From Candidatus Altimarinota bacterium (lineage in GTDB: Bacteria > Patescibacteriota > Gracilibacteria > UBA4473), in NCBI GenBank assembly GCA_965231215.1, contig OZ246423.1:288001-352000 (forward strand): a DNA stretch of 64,000 nucleotides, in the 5' to 3' direction. The number at the start of each line of letters is the position of its first letter. Position 1 is the stretch's first letter. Shown piece by piece: positions 30,640 through 40,300 of the stretch. Both the position numbers and the translations under genes were made by a program. The notes under the pieces are model-generated. The model saw only the letters and a list, made by a program, of their open reading frames with translations. It searched no databases and was not told the origin of the DNA.

Positions 30640-33600
30640 GTGTCGCCACGAGAACGTCCCATAAAAATCGATGAACTTAACCCACGTTCTTTTGAAGAGA
30701 GCAGAACTGAGTTAGCTTCAGTAGGAGCTGCCCTTAGATCAATTGAAGATGGGTTGCCTAAAAGTGGTTCTCGGCAAGATGTGTACAACTTGACACGCAG
30801 AGGGGTAGCTGCTGCCATTTGTGATCCCTTGTTTCTAAGTTACTTGCGCTGTTCTCCGATGCGAGAAATAGATTTAAATATGGCGACAAAGGGTTTAGTT
30901 AATGATGCCAAAGTTGGCAAAATGTCTAAAAGACATAAACATCATGCCCCAGATAAACAGGCGGTAGCTCGTATGGCTCAGTTCTGGGAAGATGTAGCCG
31001 CTATGCCACAGCAAACGATTGAAGAACTTACCCAATCAAATTCTGATAGAGTTGCCGTAGCCATAGGTATTGAAAAAGGTATTGGAGTAAAAACGAGCCG
31101 TTATTTTGGCCGTTTGCCTGATGAAATCAGTACCTTTACCCGTTTGGCAAATGCAGGCCATCAACAAGAAACTATCTTAGACGTTGAACAGTGGGTTGAT
31201 CAGTTTGATCTTTCTCGTTTTAAATTTAAAAATGGGGCTATTAATCGAGCTGAGATGAGCTCTCGCTTGAGAACTTTAGAATTGCATGAAATCGATTGTT
31301 TAAAAGCGGTACACGACCTAACGGTCCAGTTGGGACCTCAATATCACATAGATAGCCGCCGAATCATCGCGATTGCGAAGCTGAACGACCGCGCTTTTAT
31401 AGACGCGTTGAGCGCCTTTTTACAACGGGGATTTAAAATTACTTTTCCGGAAGTAAAATTATCTGATAAACGCACTGCTAATTTAGGTCGAGGCGTTAGT
31501 ACAAATGATTTAGAAGCCTTTGCTCGAGTGTTCAGTGATGGCCTACCTTACCCAGTTAGGCTACAGTGTGTACGTGGTTTTTCAGTGATCCCAACACAGG
31601 ATCGAGAAGCTGAGTTAGGGACACTTAGAAAGGTGGCGGCTCGTTATTGTGACGATAATTGGCTTATTCCTGAAAACAGGGCTAAACACGAAGCCGATAG
31701 TTCACTACTGGCTTATATGCAGACCGTTTACCAGGAGGTTATTGATTTATCCGTAGAGAAAGGAGCTGCCGTACCCACTAAAAGGCAAGCCGCTCGTATC
31801 GGTGAAATCCCCCCAACCAATTTAGAGCGAGTAAAAGCTCGAATTAGTACTGGTGAATCACTGGAGATAGTGCTGCTTGATCCAGTCACTCATACGTTGA
31901 TGACAGAAGAAGAATATGATCGCTTTTTTGCTCAAGCCCCTCTTACACAAGCCAGGTTTAGCTCGGGTAAGGATATTCAGGAAAAAGCCAAAAAATTAGG
32001 CTGGCCAAAACTGAAAAAACGAGCTTTAGAGCGTCATAAAAAAGCTATGCTTGGGAATCCTGAAATCTGTTTCACTTTATGCAGGCTCAGCGAGCTTGGT
32101 TTTGATATGGGGATGCTTCCTCAATCAAATAAAACAGCCGTACGTTTAAGAAATAATACTAAGTATTTACGGTCAGCCATGGATATGCAAACTATGCTGG
32201 GAGAAAGAGAGGCCCCCATGTCGATTACTGATCTTATCGCTTTAGAAGGTAAAGATCCGGTAGTGGTAGAACGGTTTTTACGCCTAAAAGAGGTTGGCAT
32301 CGCAACGCTTGACCCCTTTGTCTTAAGGCAAGCCGTAAAAATTGCCAGCGAAGAAGAGGGTACTGAAGATAAACTATGGGCTACCATAGAAGAAATTCGT
32401 CGCATCGCCCCTCAAGTAAAAATTAATACTGTTTCTGGAGTCAGAAAGTTTGAGCGTACACCAGACGCTTTAACAGCATTAGAAAGACTGGCACAAATAG
32501 ATGTTTCACTAGACTCAACTCTCATTGAAGAAGTTTGTAACTTAGTGTTAAATGTTGAAGAAGCACTCATTGGCTTAGGGCGTTTAGCAACAGTAGCTCC
32601 TGGCATTAGGCCAGATCGTTTGGCCGCCGTTACGATTTTAGGAAAATCAGACAATGCTGATTACTTACCAGGTTTAAAAGCGGTTGGATATCCAATAGAC
32701 GAAGATCACTTGCAGATCATTATTGATTGTGCTGACGCGCCAGAAAAAGTCTTGAAAGGAATAAAGTATATCAAAGGCCTCATTCCAAACCATGAATTTA
32801 GAACACTTTCGTTCTATAAGAGCGAGTTTGACAGGCCTAGTATTGAAGCCGTATTAAAAGCCTCTGGTATGGCTTTGACGGAATTAAATGATGATAATTT
32901 AGTAACCGTAATTACGGCTGCCCATAAAAGTGAAACTATTGCTAAACAAAGAAAAACTATTCTAACTATAGCTCCTGATTTTAGATTTGAGTTGAAAATG
33001 GGGGTTCATAACCAAGTAGAATTACCGTTTGATCAATATCTTAAAAGCCAGAACCTTAATATTGGTATTATAGACCATTTATATGGGGAAGATGTCGCGA
33101 CCCGTTTGGCAGCAGTCGAAATTTTGTCTTACGCCAGTTTTGACGATAAAGCAGAAGATGTAGTGAAAATGATTGAGGCACAGGGAGGTCAATTAAGGGG
33201 GTTGATAAGTGATAGTGATTCAGCAGAAAGAGAACAGATTGATTTGATTGATCAAGCTTTCAGCCGTTGTAATCCAAGGCTTAAACAACAATTGCAATTA
33301 TCATTACTCCTGAGTGTTAATCCCGAGCTCAGAGAGGCCATGGCTACCATTACCAGCAGTCCTGAAGCCATAATGGAAGCTCTGACTTTTATTGATAGGC
33401 GTAATGGAAGCGTTGAGTCTATTAAAACCGTTACCAAGGTATATCGAGGAACCGATCATAACGCTGATATTGCTCAGGTATTGTTTGATAGTTCAATTGC
33501 GGCTAATTCTGGTGTTTCGAATTCTTTAACGGTTGCTTCTATAGAGAGTGGGCAACACCATAACACAACGATTGTCGAAATTGATGGCACCCCCATTACA

Positions 33601-35025
33601 GAAATTGATCCTGATAGCTTGCAGCCTTTATTAAAAGATAACTTAGTGGCTCGTAATTTTGTAAATGGAACCAGAAAATTAAACATAAAAAGCTTGTCAA
33701 ATAAAGGTTTGCAAATGGTTGTTACTAGTCGCCTAAGAACTTGTATAAACCGCTCACAGGATCCTACTCACTGGCACATGGCTGATATGAGAAACCGAGC
33801 TCAAGCCGTTAGTAAAAACCTTGATCTTTCTGATGGACGGTATCTAGTGCATGCCACACAGACAGTAAACCTACCTCCAATTATGGAGTTGGGCAATCTG
33901 TGCGGTGAGGTGCTTGGTTTAAAGGCAAAAACCGACTCTTATCCTTTTTATGTCGACGGCTACACTACTAAAAGTGGCACTTTTAATAGCACCTACAATG
34001 GTGGTGAAATTAATTTAGTCTTTGGTAATAGTGAAGACTTATCTATTGAGGCAGGTATGCCAGGTATTTCCAAAGGTGGCATGGGCGATAACCACCTTTT
34101 GGTACTGATTGGAATTCCAATCACGAGTCTAAGGGCTATCAAGATAAAAGATGTTAAAAAAGATTTTGAGTTAGTTAAAGCACTAGTAATAGAACGAGGC
34201 TTCTACATTCCTATTTATGACGCTGCCGGTAACTTGTTATTTTCAGCTCAAGACTATGATCAAGCTTTGGCAGACCGAAACGTAAAACCAAATAATCACC
34301 CAACCTATTGGCAGCACATGCTAACTACCGGCTCACAAATGGGGCTTAACCCAGCAGACCAAATTATGCTGCCCTCACCTAATGGACCCGAAAAATACTA
34401 TGCTAAGTGGACAGAAATTACGGATGAAACCCTTTACACCAAGTTAGAAAATGAACGATTTTCTGAAGAGCTATACAGACTAGCTGGTGCCAGAGTACTT
34501 AGTAGTGAACTGGTCAGAGTTGGTACCCGAGTCGCCAAGTCTTCTCGCTGGATTAACGGTTTCACTCCGATTAAGGACGCTAAACAAAAAGCCGAATTTA
34601 ACGCTTTTGCGGTTATGGATATGTGGACAGCCAATTGGGACTTAATTGGCACCGCTGGAAATGTTATGCAATTATTTGATGATCCCGAAGCCATATACCG
34701 GATTGATCACGGTGGGAGCCTCGGTTTTAGGGCTAAAAACCATTCTGGATATAAAGGTCATGGTAGTCCTAATTTTGGACCTGCAGTTCATGAACTTAAA
34801 CCTGGTTCTGCTGCACAGCAATTTGGTAAAGATGGTATGCGACATCGCTATGATGTTTCGGATGAAGCACTAGCGGCTCAAGCCCAGAAATTATTGACAG
34901 ATTTTCCAGATAAAGTTATCAGAGATTTGGCAAACGAGTTCAGAATGCACCGCGAATACAGAGAGCTGGTTACTAAACGCCTGATAGAACGTCGCGATTA
35001 CATAGCCGAACAACTACTTAAATAA
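30640..35025 (+). CDS. Giant multidomain protein: helical repeats, putative ADP-ribosyltransferase-like domain, and C-terminal PI3/4K/HipA-like kinase domain
   Basis: YLVHATQTVNLPPIMELG (ART-like H-x-T strand); YYAK...NE...LYRLAG...DMWTANWD...GN...RIDHGGSL (atypical kinase). Confidence 0.65.
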   Translation: MSPRERPIKIDELNPRSFEESRTELASVGAALRSIEDGLPKSGSRQDVYNLTRRGVAAAICDPLFLSYLRCSPMREIDLNMATKGLVNDAKVGKMSKRHKHHAPDKQAVARMAQFWEDVAAMPQQTIEELTQSNSDRVAVAIGIEKGIGVKTSRYFGRLPDEISTFTRLANAGHQQETILDVEQWVDQFDLSRFKFKNGAINRAEMSSRLRTLELHEIDCLKAVHDLTVQLGPQYHIDSRRIIAIAKLNDRAFIDALSAFLQRGFKITFPEVKLSDKRTANLGRGVSTNDLEAFARVFSDGLPYPVRLQCVRGFSVIPTQDREAELGTLRKVAARYCDDNWLIPENRAKHEADSSLLAYMQTVYQEVIDLSVEKGAAVPTKRQAARIGEIPPTNLERVKARISTGESLEIVLLDPVTHTLMTEEEYDRFFAQAPLTQARFSSGKDIQEKAKKLGWPKLKKRALERHKKAMLGNPEICFTLCRLSELGFDMGMLPQSNKTAVRLRNNTKYLRSAMDMQTMLGEREAPMSITDLIALEGKDPVVVERFLRLKEVGIATLDPFVLRQAVKIASEEEGTEDKLWATIEEIRRIAPQVKINTVSGVRKFERTPDALTALERLAQIDVSLDSTLIEEVCNLVLNVEEALIGLGRLATVAPGIRPDRLAAVTILGKSDNADYLPGLKAVGYPIDEDHLQIIIDCADAPEKVLKGIKYIKGLIPNHEFRTLSFYKSEFDRPSIEAVLKASGMALTELNDDNLVTVITAAHKSETIAKQRKTILTIAPDFRFELKMGVHNQVELPFDQYLKSQNLNIGIIDHLYGEDVATRLAAVEILSYASFDDKAEDVVKMIEAQGGQLRGLISDSDSAEREQIDLIDQAFSRCNPRLKQQLQLSLLLSVNPELREAMATITSSPEAIMEALTFIDRRNGSVESIKTVTKVYRGTDHNADIAQVLFDSSIAANSGVSNSLTVASIESGQHHNTTIVEIDGTPITEIDPDSLQPLLKDNLVARNFVNGTRKLNIKSLSNKGLQMVVTSRLRTCINRSQDPTHWHMADMRNRAQAVSKNLDLSDGRYLVHATQTVNLPPIMELGNLCGEVLGLKAKTDSYPFYVDGYTTKSGTFNSTYNGGEINLVFGNSEDLSIEAGMPGISKGGMGDNHLLVLIGIPITSLRAIKIKDVKKDFELVKALVIERGFYIPIYDAAGNLLFSAQDYDQALADRNVKPNNHPTYWQHMLTTGSQMGLNPADQIMLPSPNGPEKYYAKWTEITDETLYTKLENERFSEELYRLAGARVLSSELVRVGTRVAKSSRWINGFTPIKDAKQKAEFNAFAVMDMWTANWDLIGTAGNVMQLFDDPEAIYRIDHGGSLGFRAKNHSGYKGHGSPNFGPAVHELKPGSAAQQFGKDGMRHRYDVSDEALAAQAQKLLTDFPDKVIRDLANEFRMHREYRELVTKRLIERRDYIAEQLLK

Positions 35026-35041
35026 TTTAAACTTTCATTAC

Positions 35042-36265
35042 ATGAAAACCCCAACTATTATCGATCACTACGGTGACATTACGAATCCTGAATCTATGGA
35101 TATTGCCCCAGAAGCAATAGTAAACGCCGCTAACACTGGCTTGAGAGGTGGTGGTGGAGTTGATGGAGCTATTCACCGTGCGGCAGGGTACGAAGCATTA
35201 CAGGCTGAATGTGCTACCGTTCGTGAAGGCTTACCAAACCAACAGCTAGCTGTGGGAGAAGCGGTTGTTACCGGAGCTTGTGCACTTACCCAATTTGGCA
35301 TTAGTTATATTATTCATACGGTTGGTCCAGACTGCAGACTGAATGAACAAGCTGCACGAAAAGCCGAATTGCTGACTAATGCTTATACCAATAGCTTAAA
35401 ACAAGCCGTTAACCGCGGAGCAAAAACTATAGCCATCCCCGGCATTAGTACTGGTGTATATGGATATGATGCCGATGAAGCGGAAGATGTGTCACGTGCC
35501 GCTATAGAACAATTTTTTGCTAACGGGCATGATAAAGGCATTTTGCAAGAAGTTCACCGTGTGTTTTTTCCTGGATTTAAAAAAGAAGTTTTAGCCGTAG
35601 ATGACAGATCGATTGAAGTCGCCTTACACCCGCAGCTAGGTGCCGACACCATTACCATTATGATGGGAGGCCTAAACGGTCATGTTGATGGCTGGATGCA
35701 CAAAAATACAAAAGTTGCAGAGTTGTTACGTCGACAGGCTAATACCGCTGTTGTAAGAGCAGGTGGACCACAGGCAGAGGGCGGTGTTGAAGATCCACAC
35801 ATCATGCAGCAAGCTCGAGCACTGATTAAAAAAAGTATCGCTCAGGCAGAAGCTTTAACGGGTAAACCCGCCAGTGAACTTACCTTTCAGGTTTCCGGTT
35901 ATTCGGCTGGTGGTTCTGGCATGGCGGCGGTAGCGCATGAATTTCCACAAATTAAAAAAATGTTGTTGGTTGCCCCCTCGGTAAATGCCGGAGATAAAAA
36001 TGTTAAGCAAGGGCTTATGAAATTTAGAGGAAATGTGGCCATTACGGTTGGAAAAGAAGATGAGCTGGCAAAGTATGCTGAAAAGTTAATCGCTCATACT
36101 GAAGGAAGAACTCTCCCAATTCACTTTCAAGAACTTTCTAACGTGGACCACAGATTTACTGGGGTTCGTGGAGGTGAACTATTCTCCGCCTCATTTTTAT
36201 GGGGACTCGATAACCAAGGAGAGCATTTAGAAAGCAGCCAGCGTGGCATTAAGCTCTACAATTAG
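35042..36265 (+). CDS. Macrodomain (ADP-ribose hydrolase) fused to an alpha/beta hydrolase
   Basis: GDIT, AIVNAANTGLRGGGGVDGAIHRAAG, IIHTVGP, PGISTGVYG; C-terminal GYSAGG, D and H residues. Confidence 0.88.
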   Translation: MKTPTIIDHYGDITNPESMDIAPEAIVNAANTGLRGGGGVDGAIHRAAGYEALQAECATVREGLPNQQLAVGEAVVTGACALTQFGISYIIHTVGPDCRLNEQAARKAELLTNAYTNSLKQAVNRGAKTIAIPGISTGVYGYDADEAEDVSRAAIEQFFANGHDKGILQEVHRVFFPGFKKEVLAVDDRSIEVALHPQLGADTITIMMGGLNGHVDGWMHKNTKVAELLRRQANTAVVRAGGPQAEGGVEDPHIMQQARALIKKSIAQAEALTGKPASELTFQVSGYSAGGSGMAAVAHEFPQIKKMLLVAPSVNAGDKNVKQGLMKFRGNVAITVGKEDELAKYAEKLIAHTEGRTLPIHFQELSNVDHRFTGVRGGELFSASFLWGLDNQGEHLESSQRGIKLYN

Positions 36266-36653
36266 ATGGAGATAGGTGAGCCATTATTGCATCCAAAAAA
36301 TCCACGAATGGAATTTCGTGTCGAAGATAATACTCGATTCGATACAGCAGGTGGCTAATGCCGTTATTAATGGTATAAAAACAAGAATTTGCTTTCACAT
36401 TACAGTTGGATTTGAAGAAGCTTTTGTTCCAGCAGATGAAAATACTCTTTTTCAAGCACCAAAATTTAATACCCCGTTTAAGTTAAATACGGTGCATTAA
36501 AGAAAAGCTGCTCTTAGCTCACCTCCACCCCAAGTGCGTGGGAATACGACCCTAAAAGTACTTTTACAGATATCTAAAGGCCCAAGCACGCCAAAAATCC
36601 GACATTACCTTCTACATAGGTATGTGGGAATTGGCTGTACTTAAAGTATCAAT

Positions 36654-36683
36654 TGGCTGCGAACGATTGACCATATTAGAACC
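36654..36683 (+). repeat. att-like repeat TGGCTGCGAACGATTGACCATATTAGAACC
   Basis: One mismatch to 25112-25141. Confidence 0.8.
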
Positions 36684-36717
36684 TTTTACCAAAACTTGGA
36701 GTAATCATTAAGAACTC

Positions 36718-37776
36718 CTAAAAACCCAATCTTTCTAGCTCTGCTAAGTGTGGTTTTAGATCTTGATGATCAGGTATATAATTTCTGTCGATTAGAGGGT
36801 TTTGTCGACATCTTGGATCAGCTTCTCTTCGGTTATATTCTGTCCAATAATCTTCAACTATCTCTGGGTACTTGGTTTTTAGTATTTGAAGGAAGCGAAC
36901 CATCGTTGGTAGTGCTATCTTATTTCGCTCAATATTTTGCTTGTCAGCTTGTTCTTGATAGTCATCAGCATTGTAATCGAGCCTTGGCCAGTCTCGTTCA
37001 GTAAGAGCTAATCTTAACCCCATTACGATATCTCCAATTGATGAAGCTCCATTTGATAAATGAAAGTCTAAAATATTAAATCCTTGTTCTGGATCGTACA
37101 TAAAATTGGAAGGTTTTGGGTCAATAGTTATTCCATTTTCGTGTAACTCCAGCACCGTATCAATAAGCTGAGTAATATGTTCATCAGAGTACTCGATTGG
37201 CTCTTCTGGAGGAATTTGTGTTACATCTCTTCCAGACAGAAGTTCCATTATTACACAACTATCATCAAAAGAATAAGCTACAAGCTGTGCTGTATGCTCA
37301 ATCCCCTTTGCCTGTCTAAGTGGTTTCGTTTCAAAATTTGCTTGTGTCAAATTTCGAGAAAATTTAGCGGCGTATTTCTTTCCATTGACCTCAATTATGT
37401 ATGCACTTCCGTTGCTCCCAGACCCTAGGTATTCTGGAAGAGCTTTGGGGTCATCTGTACTGGCTAAATTTTGCTTTAATCGTTCAATTACAGGCCTAAA
37501 GGAGGTATTATAAAGCTCCGCGTTAGCATGTCGAAATTCCAACTCATCTTTGGGGGCATTTCGAATAGCCTCAGTATATTTTTTGCGGTTTTCTGTGATG
37601 ACTGTAGCTAGTTCTTCTGGAACATCTGATAACTCATCTAGATTTGTAATTTTGGAAAGCCTCGCACTATTGCCGAGCAATAATTTTTGTTCATCAGAAA
37701 ATTCTTTAACACCAGTATCAGCAAAAAATTCAGCTTGAGCCTGGAGTTCTTCGGGAGACTTTTGTCTTATTTTCAT
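36718..37776 (-). CDS. Protein kinase-like protein
   Basis: LGSGSNGSAY, AAKF, IMELL, DPKPSNF, LDF. Start taken at MKIRQ, after TGCTATAAT. Confidence 0.8.
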   Translation of the reverse strand: MKIRQKSPEELQAQAEFFADTGVKEFSDEQKLLLGNSARLSKITNLDELSDVPEELATVITENRKKYTEAIRNAPKDELEFRHANAELYNTSFRPVIERLKQNLASTDDPKALPEYLGSGSNGSAYIIEVNGKKYAAKFSRNLTQANFETKPLRQAKGIEHTAQLVAYSFDDSCVIMELLSGRDVTQIPPEEPIEYSDEHITQLIDTVLELHENGITIDPKPSNFMYDPEQGFNILDFHLSNGASSIGDIVMGLRLALTERDWPRLDYNADDYQEQADKQNIERNKIALPTMVRFLQILKTKYPEIVEDYWTEYNRREADPRCRQNPLIDRNYIPDHQDLKPHLAELERLGF

Positions 37777-37869
37777 TAGTATATTATAGCATTTTTTTAA
37801 AACAAAAACAATATGCACTAAGTAGCTGCAATCTACTTAGTGTATTAGAGCCTAATAAAGCAAAAAATG

Positions 37870-38166
37870 TTAGTTTACTAAGTTATACTCTTCCATCTCA
37901 CCATACACTTCCGAAATTTCAGTATTGAGTTGTTTTATATACTCTTTGGCTACCTGTGAAAAAAGATCTGCTTCAACATTTTCAAGTTCAATTTTAAACA
38001 CACCATCTTTTAATAGAGTTATTAGTTGATTGAATGCATTCTTTACCATAATTGGTTTGTCTTCACAGATTGGAATTCTAACTTGAGTGTCATCATCGTA
38101 TACTATTACGATTACTCTTTTATCATCAATATTTTCGACAGTTGCTTTAAGCGTTTTCATTACCAT
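37870..38166 (-). CDS. Small hypothetical protein coupled to the upstream ATPase remnant
   Basis: Overlaps the stop of the 38147-38455 fragment. Confidence 0.6.
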   Translation of the reverse strand: MVMKTLKATVENIDDKRVIVIVYDDDTQVRIPICEDKPIMVKNAFNQLITLLKDGVFKIELENVEADLFSQVAKEYIKQLNTEISEVYGEMEEYNLVN

Positions 38167-38455
38167 AGATTTTACTTCTTTCTCCAAATGCTTCAACACC
38201 ACCTTCAAGTGTTTTCATGCTGATCTTTTTCCAGTCAATTTTTAACGATTCATCTTCTGTATTAACAAGACTGTTTGAAAAAGGATTTCCAATAAAAGTC
38301 TTATAACCTTCTGGACCATGACTTCTATATACCGAGTTATATGGTAAGGTTCTTACAGCAATATTTGCATCATGAGTTGAGATAAAAATTTTTTTACCTG
38401 CTTTGGCTAGCTCTTTGATTATTGGAGCGATAATTTTATAGAATACCTCATTCCC
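38147..38455 (-). pseudogene. C-terminal fragment of an ABC/SMC-type (TrlF-like) ATPase
   Basis: IFISTHDANI H-loop and LEGG..AF..R...Y ending; Walker A and B missing. Confidence 0.65.
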
Positions 38456-38690
38456 GAAGACAAAAGGTATATATCCTTCAACTTTTCTCGAACAGAAAAC
38501 GGATAAAAGGTCGGACAAGTGTCCAATCACTTTATTTACTTGATAAAGACCCCCTGCACGTATGGAGGCTTTCGGTATTGGTTCATATGTCCAAAATGCA
38601 CAAACAGGTGCTGTATCGTTTATAAATTGCATGGAGGTTTCGCGTGTAGGAAATGCCAAAATCTGTGTTATCAACTTCAAAAAGAGTGGG
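38456..38690 (+). pseudogene. Fragment of a zinc-finger hypothetical gene common on mobile elements
   Basis: YGGFRYWFICPKC...FACRKCQNLCY; in-frame TAA upstream. Confidence 0.5.
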
Positions 38691-38704
38691 GCTACTTCAA
38701 GCTG

Positions 38705-38915
38705 TTTGGGAAGCTGTTCTACAAAAGGAAATATTGCACTCAACACAAAACTTATTAGAACGCCAAAAGACTGTATTCAGTATGTAATTGTGCACGAATT
38801 ATGCCATCTTTTGGAACATAACCACAGCAAGGAGTTTTACAGACTCCAACAAAAGCATTTCCCACTTTGGGAAAAAGCAAAAAAGAAACTGGAGATGTTC
38901 AGTTTCGAGATTTGA
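38705..38915 (+). pseudogene. C-terminal fragment of an M48/YgjP (DUF45) metalloprotease
   Basis: GSCSTKGNIALN...YVIVHELCHLLEHNHSKEFY; N-terminus absent. Confidence 0.75.
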
Positions 38916-38961
38916 TATTTAGTCCTCTGTAAAAATAACATTTTTTGACTATACTCTAAAT

Positions 38962-40290
38962 ATGTTAAATCAATCTTTTTCTGCAGAAAATTTTCGTAAA
39001 ATATTCGATATCGAAAATAGAAAAGGAGTTAATCTTGATGTTTTTTTCCCAAAAACAAGAAAGTTCACCGAAAAAATAAAATCATGTAATGAAGAAATAA
39101 GAAAAGCTAAAAGGCTAAAAAAGACAAAGGATGAAATAAAAAAATTGTATGAACAAAAGGCAGGATTTAGAAAAAAGAGAGAAACAGAATTAGATAAAGA
39201 ATTAGAAAAAGTATCAAAAAAATGTTTAGAAAAAAACTTCAGAATAAAACTCAATCAAGTTTTAATACCCAGCAAAAAGACTCTTTATACAGTACAAGAT
39301 CTCCCAAAATATTATTTTGCAGTTAAGCAAATTCAGCATAATCTTTCCCGATTATATAAAGTGAAGCAATCTGATAGAAGTGCCATTATGAGTAACTTTT
39401 TAACATTACTTAATGATGGTTTTCCTAAAGTTGTTATAAGGACTGATATTAGCGAATGCTACGAAAGTATTCCTCATGAGAAACTGCTAAAGAAAATAGA
39501 TGAGGATGGCTTGCTTGCATTTTTTTCCAAGAAAATAATTAAACAACTTCTATTTGATTACAAAAAAGCAGCAAAATCAAAAAAAGGTGTGCCACGAGGC
39601 ATCGGAGTCAGTGCCTCATTATCGGAGATTTATTTAAGAAAAATAGACATGGAAATTAAGAATATTCCTGGGCTCATTTACTACGCAAGATATGTTGATG
39701 ATATTGTAGCAATATTTTGCCCATCTAATGGGGAAACCGAAGACGAATATGGACAAAGCAAATTAAAATTAGTTAAAGAAAGCATTAAAAGTGCAGGATT
39801 AAAAGTGAATACAAAAAAAACAAAGTGTTTTCATTTGCTTGAAAACGACTATGAGACTGTAGATATAGATTATTTAGGATACGCTATAGAACTTAAATCA
39901 GGAGATCTCACGATTTCTTTAACAAAAAATAAAATTGATAAATATAAAAAGAAAATCGATTTAATATTTGATGCATATAAATTCAATAAGATAAATGACG
40001 AAAAATCCGCTAGAAAAATATTCGTTAAAAGAGTTCGTTTTATAACAGGGAACACTCGATTAAAAAATAACAAGAAAAATATATTAGTTGGAATTTATTA
40101 CTCTAATAAGCATTTATCTTCTTTGAAATCTCTAAAAATATTGGATGAATACTTAGAAAGAAAAGTCAGTACGTTACCAGATACTCTAAAAGATAGAATC
40201 AAAGACTATAAATTTTCAACAGGGTTTGAAACAAGACGTTTCTCTCCATTTACCAGTACCCAATTAAAGAATATAGTTTCTATTTTTTAA
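38962..40290 (+). CDS. drt3a: Antiphage reverse transcriptase, DRT3 subunit a (UG3-like)
   Basis: MLNQSFSAENFRKIF N-terminus, RTDISECYESI, GVPRGIGVSA, RYVDD, DYLGY. Confidence 0.88.
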   Translation: MLNQSFSAENFRKIFDIENRKGVNLDVFFPKTRKFTEKIKSCNEEIRKAKRLKKTKDEIKKLYEQKAGFRKKRETELDKELEKVSKKCLEKNFRIKLNQVLIPSKKTLYTVQDLPKYYFAVKQIQHNLSRLYKVKQSDRSAIMSNFLTLLNDGFPKVVIRTDISECYESIPHEKLLKKIDEDGLLAFFSKKIIKQLLFDYKKAAKSKKGVPRGIGVSASLSEIYLRKIDMEIKNIPGLIYYARYVDDIVAIFCPSNGETEDEYGQSKLKLVKESIKSAGLKVNTKKTKCFHLLENDYETVDIDYLGYAIELKSGDLTISLTKNKIDKYKKKIDLIFDAYKFNKINDEKSARKIFVKRVRFITGNTRLKNNKKNILVGIYYSNKHLSSLKSLKILDEYLERKVSTLPDTLKDRIKDYKFSTGFETRRFSPFTSTQLKNIVSIF

Positions 40291-40300
40291 GGCATTTAGA

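Noticed and set aside
36249-36500. Short ORFs on both strands after the macrodomain gene
   Set aside because: No recognisable motif or clear start signal; cannot be supported as genes.
36524-36631. CCACCCCAAGTGCGTGGGAATAC resembles a type I-E CRISPR repeat, with weak echoes near 36610 and 61760
   Set aside because: No regularly spaced identical repeats and no cas genes; not an array.
38147-38746. 199-aa ORF treated as one gene
   Set aside because: Chimeric: only the last ~100 aa resemble an ATPase tail; the rest is antisense to other fragments.
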